Notes: generated from the sequence alone by a model not told the origin. Positions 47,356 to 56,778 are shown, numbered from the stretch's first letter. The stretch: 64,000 nucleotides of DNA from an uncultured Acidimicrobiaceae bacterium (GCA_963779425.1 CAVZYD010000003.1:65519-129518); one strand, 5' to 3'. Made by a program: numbers and translations.

Positions 47356-47829
47356 CTAAACACTGGATGTGCCCGGTCTCGCCCGCGGGCCTCGGCCGGC
47401 GGCCCCTGTCCTTGGAGCGGGCGAGCTCACTTCGACATGGGCCGTGCGACTGGCCGTGCGGGCTTCGCTTGACCGTGTGGCCACAGGTCGGGACACGAGC
47501 AGCGCGAGACCACCAATGGCGAGGCAGCTGAAGGACGGGACGGCGAGTCGTGCCGCCCGCGGGCCGAACCACAGCTCGAACATGGCGACATCGTCTCCGG
47601 CACGACGCTGAAGGATCCCGAACGGACAACTGCCGGCGGCGAGCAGCGCCACGCCCTCTCCGCCTAGCACCGCCACGGCCACTGCCAAGTACCGGTCCCG
47701 CCTTCTTGTCAGGGCGCAGAGCCACAAATAGGCGAGGCAGGCCAGCTCGCCCCCGCCGATCCCGGTGTGCACCAGCCTGAGAACGCGGGCGGTGCGCCCG
47801 AGACGGGGCGAATCTGCCATGGACTCCAA
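47356..47829 (-). CDS. small integral membrane protein of unknown function, divergent from padR
   Basis: 157 aa ORF with 3-4 hydrophobic segments (ELACLAYLWLCAL, YLAVAVAVLGGEGVALLAAG, LAVPSFSCLAIGGLALLV). The C-terminal low-complexity tail may be a frame artefact. Confidence 0.35.
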   Translation of the reverse strand: MESMADSPRLGRTARVLRLVHTGIGGGELACLAYLWLCALTRRRDRYLAVAVAVLGGEGVALLAAGSCPFGILQRRAGDDVAMFELWFGPRAARLAVPSFSCLAIGGLALLVSRPVATRSSEARTASRTAHVEVSSPAPRTGAAGRGPRARPGTSSV

Positions 47830-47900
47830 TTGTGCACGCGATTCTCATGCTCTCCGGACCGCTCGGCAGCTACACCCGTTCGCCGCGAATCTCCTCTTGT

Positions 47901-47935
47901 CAGAGTCCTCTAATAATATTACTCTGAATAGAGTA
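47901..47935. promoter_or_regulatory. candidate PadR operator: nested inverted repeats in the divergent promoter region
   Basis: CAGAGT (47901-06) and ACTCTG (47921-26) are inverted repeats. TACTCT-GAAT-AGAGTA (47920-35) is a perfect 6-4-6 palindrome. This is the most AT-rich stretch nearby, 19 nt upstream of the padR ATG (RBS GGAGGA at 47943-48). Confidence 0.3.
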
Positions 47936-47953
47936 TTCGAACGGAGGATCTCG

Positions 47954-48598
47954 ATGGCGCGGCCCAATCGGAGCAATTCCCTCGCCCTGGCAGTTCTGAT
48001 CTGTCTCTACGAACGACCCATGCACCCTTACGAGGTCTCGACGACTTTGCGTCAGCGCCAAAAACACGAGAGCGTCCGGCTCAACTACGGCTCGCTCTAC
48101 GCAGTCGTCGCATCGCTCGAAAAGCGCGGGATGATCGCCGCGAAGGGGACCGAGCGCTCCGGGCGGCTTCCCGAACGCACCGTCTACGAGCTCACCGACG
48201 CCGGCCGGATCGAGATGCACGACTGGTTGACCGAGCTCGTTTCCACGCCGGTCAACGATTATCCCGGTTTCGAGGCGGCACTGACGTTCCTTCCCGCCCT
48301 CCCCCCCGACGACGTCGTCGAGCTCTTGAACGAACGCGCCGGGCGACTCGAGTTCGAGCTCGCCCAGATCGCCTCGTCGCGCGAGTTGATCGAAAAGCGG
48401 GGTCTCCCCCGCCTGTTCTGGGTCGAGCTCGAGTTTCACAAGGTCTTGCGAGAAGCGGAGCTCGGCTACATCCTCGAGCTCGTCCGCGAGATCGAGACCG
48501 GGACCCTTGACGGCCTCAAGTGGTGGAGAGACATGCACGAGAATCCCGGCGAGGTGATATCTCTGCCCCCGCTGGAAGACGGCTCGTGGCAGCGATGA
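47954..48598 (+). CDS. PadR-family transcriptional regulator
   Basis: Start at ATG 47954 inside ORF 47765..48598. LALAVLICLYERPMHPYEVSTTLRQRQKHESVRLNYGSLYAVVASLEKRGMIAA...RTVYELTDAGR is the winged-helix PadR signature, with a C-terminal dimerisation/VirE-like domain. Confidence 0.85.
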   Translation: MARPNRSNSLALAVLICLYERPMHPYEVSTTLRQRQKHESVRLNYGSLYAVVASLEKRGMIAAKGTERSGRLPERTVYELTDAGRIEMHDWLTELVSTPVNDYPGFEAALTFLPALPPDDVVELLNERAGRLEFELAQIASSRELIEKRGLPRLFWVELEFHKVLREAELGYILELVREIETGTLDGLKWWRDMHENPGEVISLPPLEDGSWQR

Positions 48599-48633
48599 CA
48601 ACCTGTGACCGACAACAAAAGGGGGAACGAGTC

Positions 48634-49620
48634 TTGGAAACGATCATTGCGACCAAGGAGCTGCGAAAGAGCTTCCGCTCCAAACGCGGGCCGATCGAAG
48701 CGGTCCGGGGAGTCAGCTTCGAGGTCGGACGCGGTGAGATATTCGGCTTCCTCGGCCCGAACGGGGCCGGCAAGACGACAACGCTGCGCATGCTCACGAC
48801 GCTGCTGCCCATCGACAGCGGGACGGCGTCGGTGGCGGGGATCGATGTCGCCCGACGGCCGAAACAGGTCCGCTCGCGAATCGGTTACGTGAGCCAGCTC
48901 GGGGGGGCCGACCTGCTCGCCACGGGCAGGGAGAACCTGATCCTGCAGGGTCGCCTCTACGGCGGCAATCCCGCCTCGGTGACGGCGCGGGCACAGATGC
49001 TCATGGAGGTCCTGGACCTGAGCGAGTTCGCCGACCGCCGCGTGCGGACCTACTCCGGAGGTCAGCGGCGGCGGCTCGACGTCGCGCTCGGGATCGTGCA
49101 CGAGCCCGACGTGCTCTTCCTCGACGAGCCGAGCACGGGACTGGACCCGCAGAACCGGGCCCACCTGTGGGACCACGTGCGCGGGTTGCGCTCGCGGGGA
49201 ACGACGATCTTCCTCACGACGCACTATCTCGAAGAAGCCGACGCCCTCTGCGACCGCCTCATGATCATGGACCACGGCGAGATCGTGGCCGAGGGGACGC
49301 CTCGCGACCTCAAACGACAGGTCTCAGGTGACTCGGTGCTCTTGAGCGTGCACGACGAGGACGGTGCGTTGACACGCGCCCGCGAGCTCATCTCCGCCCA
49401 GCCCTATGTGCACGAGATCACCGCCGAGGGTGACCGGCTTCACCTTTACGTGACCGACGGGAGCGCCGCCTTACCGGGCCTGTTGCGCTTGTTAGACGGC
49501 GAGCGGATCGTTCTCAAGTCCATCAGCTTGTCGGAACCCACGCTCGACGACGTCTTTTTGCACCAGACGGGCCGCTCGCTTCGCGACGCCGGCTCGGGCA
49601 CCTCGGAGACGGCGGCATGA
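48634..49620 (+). CDS. ABC transporter ATP-binding protein (DrrA/ABC-2 type)
   Basis: From TTG 48634 (RBS AAAAGGGGGA upstream). Walker A GPNGAGKTTTLRML, Q-loop, signature YSGGQRRRLDVALG, Walker B VLFLDEPSTGLD, H-loop LTTHYLEEA. Confidence 0.85.
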   Translation: METIIATKELRKSFRSKRGPIEAVRGVSFEVGRGEIFGFLGPNGAGKTTTLRMLTTLLPIDSGTASVAGIDVARRPKQVRSRIGYVSQLGGADLLATGRENLILQGRLYGGNPASVTARAQMLMEVLDLSEFADRRVRTYSGGQRRRLDVALGIVHEPDVLFLDEPSTGLDPQNRAHLWDHVRGLRSRGTTIFLTTHYLEEADALCDRLMIMDHGEIVAEGTPRDLKRQVSGDSVLLSVHDEDGALTRARELISAQPYVHEITAEGDRLHLYVTDGSAALPGLLRLLDGERIVLKSISLSEPTLDDVFLHQTGRSLRDAGSGTSETAA

Positions 49621-50372
49621 AGACCTTCAGCGACGTCGGCCTGCTCTTCCACCGCTACACCTTGCAGATGTTGCGCAACCCGATCTGGCTCTTCGTGGGT
49701 TTCTCGACGCCCGTGCTCTATCTCGCGCTGTTCACACCCCTGCTCAAACACGTCGCCCCGAGTCTCGGCGTCTCGAGCGTGCTCGAGCTCTTCCTTCCCG
49801 GGATACTCGCCCTGCTGGCCTTCGCGAGTGGCTCCTCCATGGGCTTCAGCACGATATTCGAGCTGCAGGCCGGGGTGATCGAGCGTTTCCGGGTCACTCC
49901 CGCGAGCCGATTCGCCATCTTGGTGGGCCCGATTCTTTCCGGTCTCACGATGATGATGGTCTTCGACGCCGTGGTCGTCGCCATCGGTGTCGGTTTCGGC
50001 TTCAAGCTGCACTGGCTCGGGCTCCTCGCCCTCGCCGTCCTGCTCGGTCTGCTGGCGGCGCTGATGGCAGCCTTCTCCACCGCGACCGCCCTTGTGACAA
50101 AGGAGATCAACAGCTTCGCGGCGATCATCAACGGGATAAACCTGCCGATCCTGCTTTTGGCAGGAGTCCTGCTGCCGATCTCGATCGCGCCTTTGTGGAT
50201 GCGCGTGATAGCGCACTTCAACCCCCTCTACTACGCCGTGCAGGGCGCTCGCGCGCTTGCCACAGGGAGTTTTGGCTCGCCAGCTGTATGGCAGGCTTTC
50301 GCCGTCCTCGTACCGATGTGCGCCCTCGTGGTGACCTGGGCGACGCGGGTGTTCCGAAAGGCGGTTGCCTGA
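49617..50372 (+). CDS. ABC-2 type transporter permease
   Basis: Intact 251 aa ORF with six hydrophobic helices. The ATG overlaps the ATPase stop (ATGA). Confidence 0.75.
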   Translation: MKTFSDVGLLFHRYTLQMLRNPIWLFVGFSTPVLYLALFTPLLKHVAPSLGVSSVLELFLPGILALLAFASGSSMGFSTIFELQAGVIERFRVTPASRFAILVGPILSGLTMMMVFDAVVVAIGVGFGFKLHWLGLLALAVLLGLLAALMAAFSTATALVTKEINSFAAIINGINLPILLLAGVLLPISIAPLWMRVIAHFNPLYYAVQGARALATGSFGSPAVWQAFAVLVPMCALVVTWATRVFRKAVA

Positions 50373-50386
50373 AGCTGAGCGAGTCG

Positions 50387-50596
50387 TCAGTCCTTGCCGA
50401 TGATGACCTCGGTCGCCTTGATGACGGCCGTGACGGCATCGCCGGGGGCGAGCGCCAGCGCCTCGGCGGAATCCTTGGTGATCGCGGCCACGACCTCCTG
50501 GCCGCCGCTCAGGCGGATCACCACGGTCGACATGACCGCACCGTGCTCGACGCTTGCTACGACACCGTCGAGCTGGTTCCTTGCGCTTAGTCTCAT
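50387..50596 (-). CDS. molybdenum-pterin-binding (Mop/TOBE) single-domain protein
   Basis: From the internal Met: MRLSARNQLDGVVASVEHGAVMSTVVIRLSGGQEVVAAITKDSAEALALAPGDAVTAVIKATEVIIGKD. This is the classic 69 aa TOBE pattern. Confidence 0.7.
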   Translation of the reverse strand: MRLSARNQLDGVVASVEHGAVMSTVVIRLSGGQEVVAAITKDSAEALALAPGDAVTAVIKATEVIIGKD

Positions 50597-50651
50597 GGCG
50601 GGGAGGCTAGCGACCAAGGTGGCCGCGTGAGCTGATCGATGGGAAAGCGCC

Positions 50652-51101
50652 ATGGAACTCATTGCCGTGCTGGGCGAGGCCAGGAGCGAGATCCTCGAGG
50701 AGGCTTCGCTCTCTCTTGAGCGCTCTCGTCTCGAGCACTACGGGGCCTCTGGCAAAGAGGAGCTCCGCCGGCGCCTGGAGGCGCTTTTCGACATAGTCGT
50801 CGACTGCCTGGGCGCGCGCAGGCTTGACCGGGTCGTCAAGTACTCCGAAGAGGTAGCCCGCGACCGCTTCAACGCAGGTTTTGGGATCGGCGAGGTGCAA
50901 ACGGCGTTCAACCTGTTAGAGGAGTCCATGTGGCGCCGCGTCGTCGCCGGCGTCCCGAGCGGGGAGCTGGCCGAGGCGCTCGGTCTTTTGACGACCGTTC
51001 TCGGCGTAGGAAAAGACGCCCTGGCCCGTGCCTACGTCTCGCTGGCGAGCCACGAGCACGTCTCCTCGCTCGATCTGCGTGCCCTGTTCGAGGGCACCTG
51101 A
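50652..51101 (+). CDS. hypothetical helical protein, possibly an RsbRD-N-like sensor domain
   Basis: Intact 149 aa ORF. VARDRFNAGFGIGEVQTAFNLLEESMWRRV resembles the RsbR-type N-terminal helical sensor domain. By-eye call only. Confidence 0.3.
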   Translation: MELIAVLGEARSEILEEASLSLERSRLEHYGASGKEELRRRLEALFDIVVDCLGARRLDRVVKYSEEVARDRFNAGFGIGEVQTAFNLLEESMWRRVVAGVPSGELAEALGLLTTVLGVGKDALARAYVSLASHEHVSSLDLRALFEGT

Positions 51102-51112
51102 GCCGCACGCCC

Positions 51113-51918
51113 GTGCTGGAGCTCGTCATCGCGACGTTCAACGTCCACGCCGGCGTCGACGGTTGGGGGAGGCCGTTTGACGTCGTGGCGGCCTGCAAGC
51201 AGATCGACGCGGACGTACTTTTCCTGCAGGAGAACTGGATGCCGGACGAGGGCGAATCCATCGCCTCGCTCGTCGCTGCGGCGGGCGGTTATGAGGTCTA
51301 CGAGGCCCGCCTGTCGGACGCCTTGCTGTTCCAGCCCGCCGATCGGCCAACTCGGCGCTGGGGACCGTCCAAGCTGGAGCACCGAGATGCCCGGCCTTTG
51401 TGGGTGAGCGACGAAGAGAGCCTTGCCCTCATGCGTCGGCGCCGGCCGGCTTCGCGAGCAAGCCTCGGCGGCTGGGGTTTGGCCATGCTGTCGCGAGTTA
51501 CGACAAGGGGCGTCGAGACCATCGAGCTCGGCCGGCTTTCTCGGGACTACCCGAGGTTGCGCGCCGCGCTCATGGCCGAGGTCGAAGTCGACGGATGCCC
51601 CCTCAGCGTCGTCGGCACGCATCTAGCCCACTTCGTGCACGGTTCGCCGATCCTTTTGAACGCACTGCGCCAAAGGCTCCCGGCGCGCAACCGTCCCGGT
51701 GTCCTCGTCGGCGACATGAACTTCTGGGGCCCGCCGGTCGCACTCGCGTTGCCGGGCTGGCGCAGGGCCGTGCGAACGCGCACCTACCCGAGCTGGGGCG
51801 CCCACAGCCAGATCGACCACATCTTGGTGACGCGCCGGTAAAGGTGGTCTCGGGCGGGACCCTTGCCGTGGGCAGGTCCGATCACCTGCCCCTTCGCGCC
51901 CGGCTCGCCGTGGCTTGA
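51113..51918 (+). CDS. endonuclease/exonuclease/phosphatase (EEP) family protein (1 frame break near 51830)
   Basis: VIATFNVHAGVD...DADVLFLQENW...VVGTHLAH...VLVGDMNF (ORF 50930..51841). The canonical C-terminal GRSDHLPLRARL follows in the next frame (tail of ORF 51400..51918). Confidence 0.7.
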
Positions 51919-52023
51919 GGCTCGCCTGAAGAGCATGTAACCGATCCGGGACCGGGGAGGTCAGACTTAGGGAGCTGAGGTTCCGGGCAGGGCGCCCGAC
52001 CTGGAGGGGGAAAGGGGCGAAGG

Positions 52024-52987
52024 TTGCTGGCGTTCACGTTTCCCGGCCAAGGTTCGCAGCGACCAGGCATGGGCGCCCCTTGGGTGGACCACCCGTCGTT
52101 CGAGCTCGTCGGGCTCGCTTCGGAGGTCACCGGCCGCGATCTTGCCCATCTCCTCCTCGAAGCCGACCAGGAAACCCTGACCAGGACCGACAACGCCCAG
52201 ATAGCCACTTTCGTCCAGAGCCTCGATCGTGCTCGACGCCGCCGAGCGTCTCGGCATCGAACCGTCTGCCGCCGCCGGGCACAGCCTCGGCGAGTACACC
52301 GCCCTCGTCGCCGCAGGCTCGCTCGATTTCGAGGACGGTCTCCGTCTCGTCTCGGAGCGAGGCGCGGCGATGCAAGAGGCGGCCGAATGCGCCCCCGGGA
52401 CGATGATCGCGGTACTCGGTCTCGACGACGAGAGCGTCGAGACGGCCTGCCGGAGAGTCGACGGGGAGGCGTGGATCGCGAACTTCAACGCTCCTGGCCA
52501 GGTGATCGTCGCCGGCACCTCCGAGGCGCTCGACGAGCTCAGCGCCATCGCCAAGGAGCTCGGTGCCAAGCGTGTCCTCTCCATGCCGGTCGGGGGTGCC
52601 TTCCACACGCCCCTCATGGCAAGCGCGCGGGACCGGCTCCGCAAGGCCCTGGCGACGACGAGCTTCCATGCGCTCGACCCGGTGGTTGTGGCCAACGTCG
52701 ACGCCCGCCCCCACGGCGATCCCGAGGAGTGGCCCCAGCTGCTCTCGGCCCAGCTCTGCAGCCCTGTCCGCTGGCGCCAGAGCCTCGACACCCTCTTTGG
52801 CGAAGGCATGCAGACCTTCGTCGAGCTCGGGCCGGGCGGGGTGCTGACCGGCCTGCTGCGACGGGCCGCGCCCACGACCGACACCGTCGGGGTTTCCGTC
52901 TCCACGCCCGACGAGCTGGCCCGTCTCGTACGGATCCTCGCCGGCAACACCTCCGGCACGGCTCCGACCGGGGAGCGTTCGAGATGA
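52024..52987 (+). CDS. fabD: malonyl-CoA:ACP transacylase (1 frame break near 52222)
   Basis: FTFPGQGSQRPGMG (52024 frame), then GHSLGEYTALVAAG...NFNAPGQVIVAG...PVGGAFHTPLM (ORF 52229..52987). Confidence 0.9.
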
Positions 52988-53374
52988 CAGAACGGCTCAT
53001 CGTCTCGCCCGCCGTGGGCTTGTTCGAGCCAGCCGCCGGGCTTAATGGCTACCTTCCCGGTTCCGGCGCGCCCGGCGGCGAGTCGGTGTTCATCGAGGTC
53101 GGCGGGCTCCTCGGTCTCGTCGGTGGGACAGAGGTGCGCTCCGCCTTCTCGGGCACGCCTCGAAGGCGTGCTCGTGCTGGCCGGCGAGCGGGTGACCCGC
53201 GGCCAGCCCGTCGCCTGGCTGCGCGCCCGTGCCAGCGCTGATAGGGCCGTACAAGGCGACCGGGCGGGGCAAACCGACAGTTCCCCGCCAGAAAGCCAGC
53301 CTGTAAAGGACTGGGCCGTCGATGACGGGGCCGGTCGTGAAGCAAGGTCGTTCCAAGACGAGAGGACCGCATGA
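52984..53374 (+). CDS. small biotinyl/lipoyl-like (BCCP C-terminal-domain-like) protein lacking the AMKM lysine motif (1 frame break near 53150)
   Basis: MTERLIVSPAVGLFEP...GESVFIEVGGLLGLVGGTEVRSAFSG, then TLEGVLVLAGERVTRGQPVAWL in the next frame. Compare the E. coli BCCP pattern [51 protein letters not shown]. The ATG overlaps the fabD stop and the stop overlaps the fabH ATG (ATGA both sides). Confidence 0.45.
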
Positions 53375-54339
53375 GAGGCGCACAGATCACCGGCTGGGGA
53401 ATGGCTCTTCCGGACAAGGTCGTCACGAACGCCGACTACGAAGCCCATCTCGACACGAGCGACGAGTGGATCGTCGAGCGCACCGGCATCAAAGAACGCC
53501 GCCACGGCGGGACGACCTCCGCTCTCGCTGTCCAGGCGGCCCGCATTGCCCTCGATCGTGCCGGTCGCCGTGGCCCCGAGATCGACCTTCTCGTGCTCGC
53601 GACGACGACCCCGGACCAGACCGTGCCCGCCACCTCGTCGTGGGTCCACCACGAGCTCGATTGTCGCGGGGCGGCCTTCGACCTGAACGCCGCATGTGCC
53701 GGATTCGTCTACGGGCTCGTGACGGCCGTGGCGCTGCTCGACGCCGGCCACGAGCGGGCACTGCTCATCGGATCGGACACCTTGTCGCAGATCACCGACC
53801 AAAATGACCGGAACACGGCCGTGCTGTTCGGCGACGGCGCCGGCGCCGTCGTCGTCGAGGCCACCGAAGGCGAGCCGCTCATCCTCGCCCACGACCTCGG
53901 CCTGGACGGGTCCCTGACTCCGATCCTTTACTGCGACAAGGGCGGCTACATCTACATGGAGGGCCGCGAGGTCTTCCGCAAGGCGGTGCGGGCGACAGTC
54001 GAGTCCGCCGAGCGGGTGCTGAAGCAGGCCGACGTCACGGCCGAGGACATCGCCCTGTTCGTCCCGCACCAGGCCAACATCCGCATCATCGACGCCATGG
54101 GCCAGCGGCTCGGCATCGACCCCGCCCGCTACGCCATCTGCCTCGACCACACCGGCAACACCTCGGCCGCCTCCTGCGGCATCGCCCTGGCGGAAGCCGC
54201 GGACGCCGGGCGGCTCAAGGACGGGGACCTCATCTTGTTCTCCGGCTTCGGAGCCGGGATGACCTGGGCGAGCGCCGTCGTGCGGTGGGGTGGGGCCCCG
54301 AGTGCGCCAGCGGAGCCGCTCAGGGGAGGGCGTGGGTGA
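53371..54339 (+). CDS. fabH: 3-oxoacyl-ACP synthase III
   Basis: Intact 322 aa ORF. TSDEWIVERTGIKERR, active-site FDLNAACAGFVYGL, VPHQANIRII, GNTSAAS, FGAGMTW. Confidence 0.9.
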   Translation: MRGAQITGWGMALPDKVVTNADYEAHLDTSDEWIVERTGIKERRHGGTTSALAVQAARIALDRAGRRGPEIDLLVLATTTPDQTVPATSSWVHHELDCRGAAFDLNAACAGFVYGLVTAVALLDAGHERALLIGSDTLSQITDQNDRNTAVLFGDGAGAVVVEATEGEPLILAHDLGLDGSLTPILYCDKGGYIYMEGREVFRKAVRATVESAERVLKQADVTAEDIALFVPHQANIRIIDAMGQRLGIDPARYAICLDHTGNTSAASCGIALAEAADAGRLKDGDLILFSGFGAGMTWASAVVRWGGAPSAPAEPLRGGRG

Positions 54340-55107
54340 CAGACGCGCAGGGCGAGCCCTCCTCGGGCGAAAACGGCGCCGACAGGGTCGTCCTCGTAAC
54401 CGGCGGCTCGCGCGGCATCGGCCTGGCCTGTGCCCGGCGGTTCCAAGATGCGGGCGACCATGTCGCTGTCACCTGGCGGACAGCACCGCCGGACGAGCTC
54501 GAAGGGCGGACCGGGACCCATCCTCTCTTGGCCCGTCAACTGCGACGTCACCTCGCCCATCGACGTCGAGGCGGCCTTCGCCGAGGTCGAAAAGACGCTG
54601 GGACCAGTTCGGGTCCTCGTCTGCGCGGCCGGAATCACCGACGACACCTTGCTGCTGCGCATGTCCGAGGAGCGGTGGGACGCCGTCATCGACACGAACC
54701 TGACGGCGGTCTACCGGTGCGCGAAAAGGGCGCTCGGGCCCATGGTGCGGGCAAGAAAGGGCCGTATCGTGCTCATCTCCTCGGTCGTGGCCTTCATGGG
54801 CTCACCTGGGCAGGTGAACTACGGAGCCTCCAAGGCGGCGCTCGTCGGCTTCGCCCGCTCCCTCGCACGAGAAGTCGCCTCCCGCAACATCACGGTCAAC
54901 GTCGTCGCCCCTGGCTTCGTCGCCACGGATATGATCGCTGTGCTAGGAGAAGATCGCGTCGCGGCACTGACGTCCATGGTGCCGCTCGGGCGGCAGGCCG
55001 CCCCCGACGAGATCGCCTCCGCCGTCGAGTTCCTGGCCTCAGACGGCGCCAGCTATGTGACCGGAGCCGTGCTGGCCGTGGACGGTGGTCTCGGTATGGG
55101 CCACTGA
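54336..55107 (+). CDS. fabG: 3-oxoacyl-ACP reductase (SDR; 1 frame break near 54480-54500)
   Basis: VVLVTGGSRGIGLA (GTG 54336 frame), then CDVTSP...LVCAAGIT...ISSVVAFMGSPGQVNYGASKAAL..NVVAPGFVATDM (ORF 54430..55107). GTGA overlap with the fabH stop. Confidence 0.85.
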
Positions 55108-55191
55108 CAGACAACTGACCCGAGAGAAAACCCGACCCGAGCGACGAGAGAAAATGCCGTCAAACCCACCCCCGAGAGAAAGAGCACACCC

Positions 55192-55431
55192 ATGGACAAC
55201 GAAGCGACCTTTGACAAGTTCAGGGCCTGCGCGGTCGAGATCTTGAACGTCCCGAGCGAGAAGGTGACGCTCGAGGCGAACTTCGCCAACGACCTCGACG
55301 CGGACAGCCTCGATCTGGTCGAGCTCGTGATGGAGCTCGAGGAGGTCTTCAGCATCACCGTCGACGAGAGCGAGCTCGAAGGCGTCGAGACCATCGGCCA
55401 GGCTTACGAGCTCGTCACTTCGAAGCTTTGA
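55192..55431 (+). CDS. acpP: acyl carrier protein
   Basis: Intact 79 aa ORF. The phosphopantetheine site is DLDADSLDLVELVMELEE. Confidence 0.92.
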   Translation: MDNEATFDKFRACAVEILNVPSEKVTLEANFANDLDADSLDLVELVMELEEVFSITVDESELEGVETIGQAYELVTSKL

Positions 55432-56633
55432 TGGCCAACGCTGAGCACGGGCCCGACCGCAGCGGTCGCCGCAGGGTCGCGGTCACGGGACTCGGCGTCG
55501 TGTCGTGTTGCGGGATCGGCAAGGACGCCTTCTTCGCGGGCCTGAACGGTCCCGCTCCCGAAGGTGAGCACCGGGTGCGCGGCTTCGATCCCTCCTTGTG
55601 GTTCGACGCCAAAGAGGCCCGCCGTGTCGACCCCTTTGCTCAATATGCCGTCGCCGCCGCCGACATGGCGCTCGCCGACGCGGGCCCGGTCGACGTCGAC
55701 CCGGCGCTCGCCGGCATCCAGATCGGCACCGGCGTCGGGGGCCTCACCACGATGGAGTCCCAGATCGGGGTGCTGTTGGAAAAAGGCCCACGGCGCGTGT
55801 CGCCGTTCCTCGTGCCGATGATGATGGCCAACGCCGGCGCGGCGACGGTCTCGATGCGCCTCGGCTGGCGAGGCCCATGCGAGACGATCGCCACTGCTTG
55901 CGCTTCGGGCTCGCACTCGATCCTTGCCGCTCATCGCCTGATCGCCAGCGGGCGGTGCGACGCCGTCCTCGCCGGCGGGGCCGAGGCGGCCATGACCCCG
56001 GTCGCCCTCGCCGCTTTCGGGAACATGACTGCGCTGTCGACAAGCGGCCAGTCGCGGCCCTTCGACGTGCGCCGGGACGGCTTTGTCATCGCCGAAGGTG
56101 GTGCCGTGCTCGTGCTCGAGGAGCTCGAGCGTGCCCGAGCGCGTGGGGCGCGCATCTACGCCGAGCTCCTCGGGGGGGCCTCCACGGCGGACGCGCACCA
56201 CATCACCGCGCCGGCCCCGGGAGGCGTCGGCGCGATCGGATGCATGGAGCTCGCCCTCGAGGACGCCGGGCTGACAGCGGCCGATGTCGCCCATGTCAAC
56301 GCCCACGGCACCTCGACGCCACTCAACGACCTCGCCGAGGCCGAGGCCATCGAGAAGGTCTTCGGCCGGCCCGGGCCTCCTGTCACCTCCATCAAGGGCG
56401 TGACGGGACATTCGCTCGGCGCGGCGGGGGCCCTCGAGGCCGTCGCCTGCGCCCTTTCGATCGAGCGGGGGCTGATCCCCCCGACGGTCGGACTCGAGCA
56501 GCAGGACCCCGAGATCCATCTCGACATCGTCAAGGACGCCCCCCGGGAGTGGGAACCGGGACCGATACTTTCGAACAGCTTCGGTTTCGGCGGGCACAAC
56601 GGATGCATCGTGCTCGCTCCCGTGCCTGTTTGA
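55431..56633 (+). CDS. fabF: 3-oxoacyl-ACP synthase II
   Basis: Intact ORF. The track starts at TTG 55428; ATG 55431 is more likely (TGATG overlap with acpP). RRVAVTGLGVVS, active-site ATACASGSHSI, NAHGTSTPLND, SNSFGFGGHNG. Confidence 0.92.
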   Translation: MANAEHGPDRSGRRRVAVTGLGVVSCCGIGKDAFFAGLNGPAPEGEHRVRGFDPSLWFDAKEARRVDPFAQYAVAAADMALADAGPVDVDPALAGIQIGTGVGGLTTMESQIGVLLEKGPRRVSPFLVPMMMANAGAATVSMRLGWRGPCETIATACASGSHSILAAHRLIASGRCDAVLAGGAEAAMTPVALAAFGNMTALSTSGQSRPFDVRRDGFVIAEGGAVLVLEELERARARGARIYAELLGGASTADAHHITAPAPGGVGAIGCMELALEDAGLTAADVAHVNAHGTSTPLNDLAEAEAIEKVFGRPGPPVTSIKGVTGHSLGAAGALEAVACALSIERGLIPPTVGLEQQDPEIHLDIVKDAPREWEPGPILSNSFGFGGHNGCIVLAPVPV

Positions 56634-56778
56634 GCCACGGAACGCGAGGAGTTGCCGATCTTCGAGGAACCTGCCGGCGAAACAAGCTCCCGGCCAGCTG
56701 ACTGCGCCTTCGCCGGCTTCAGTGACGATCCTCCGTGGCTGATCGATCCGTCCGCGCTCCACTGGCGCGACGGCATCG

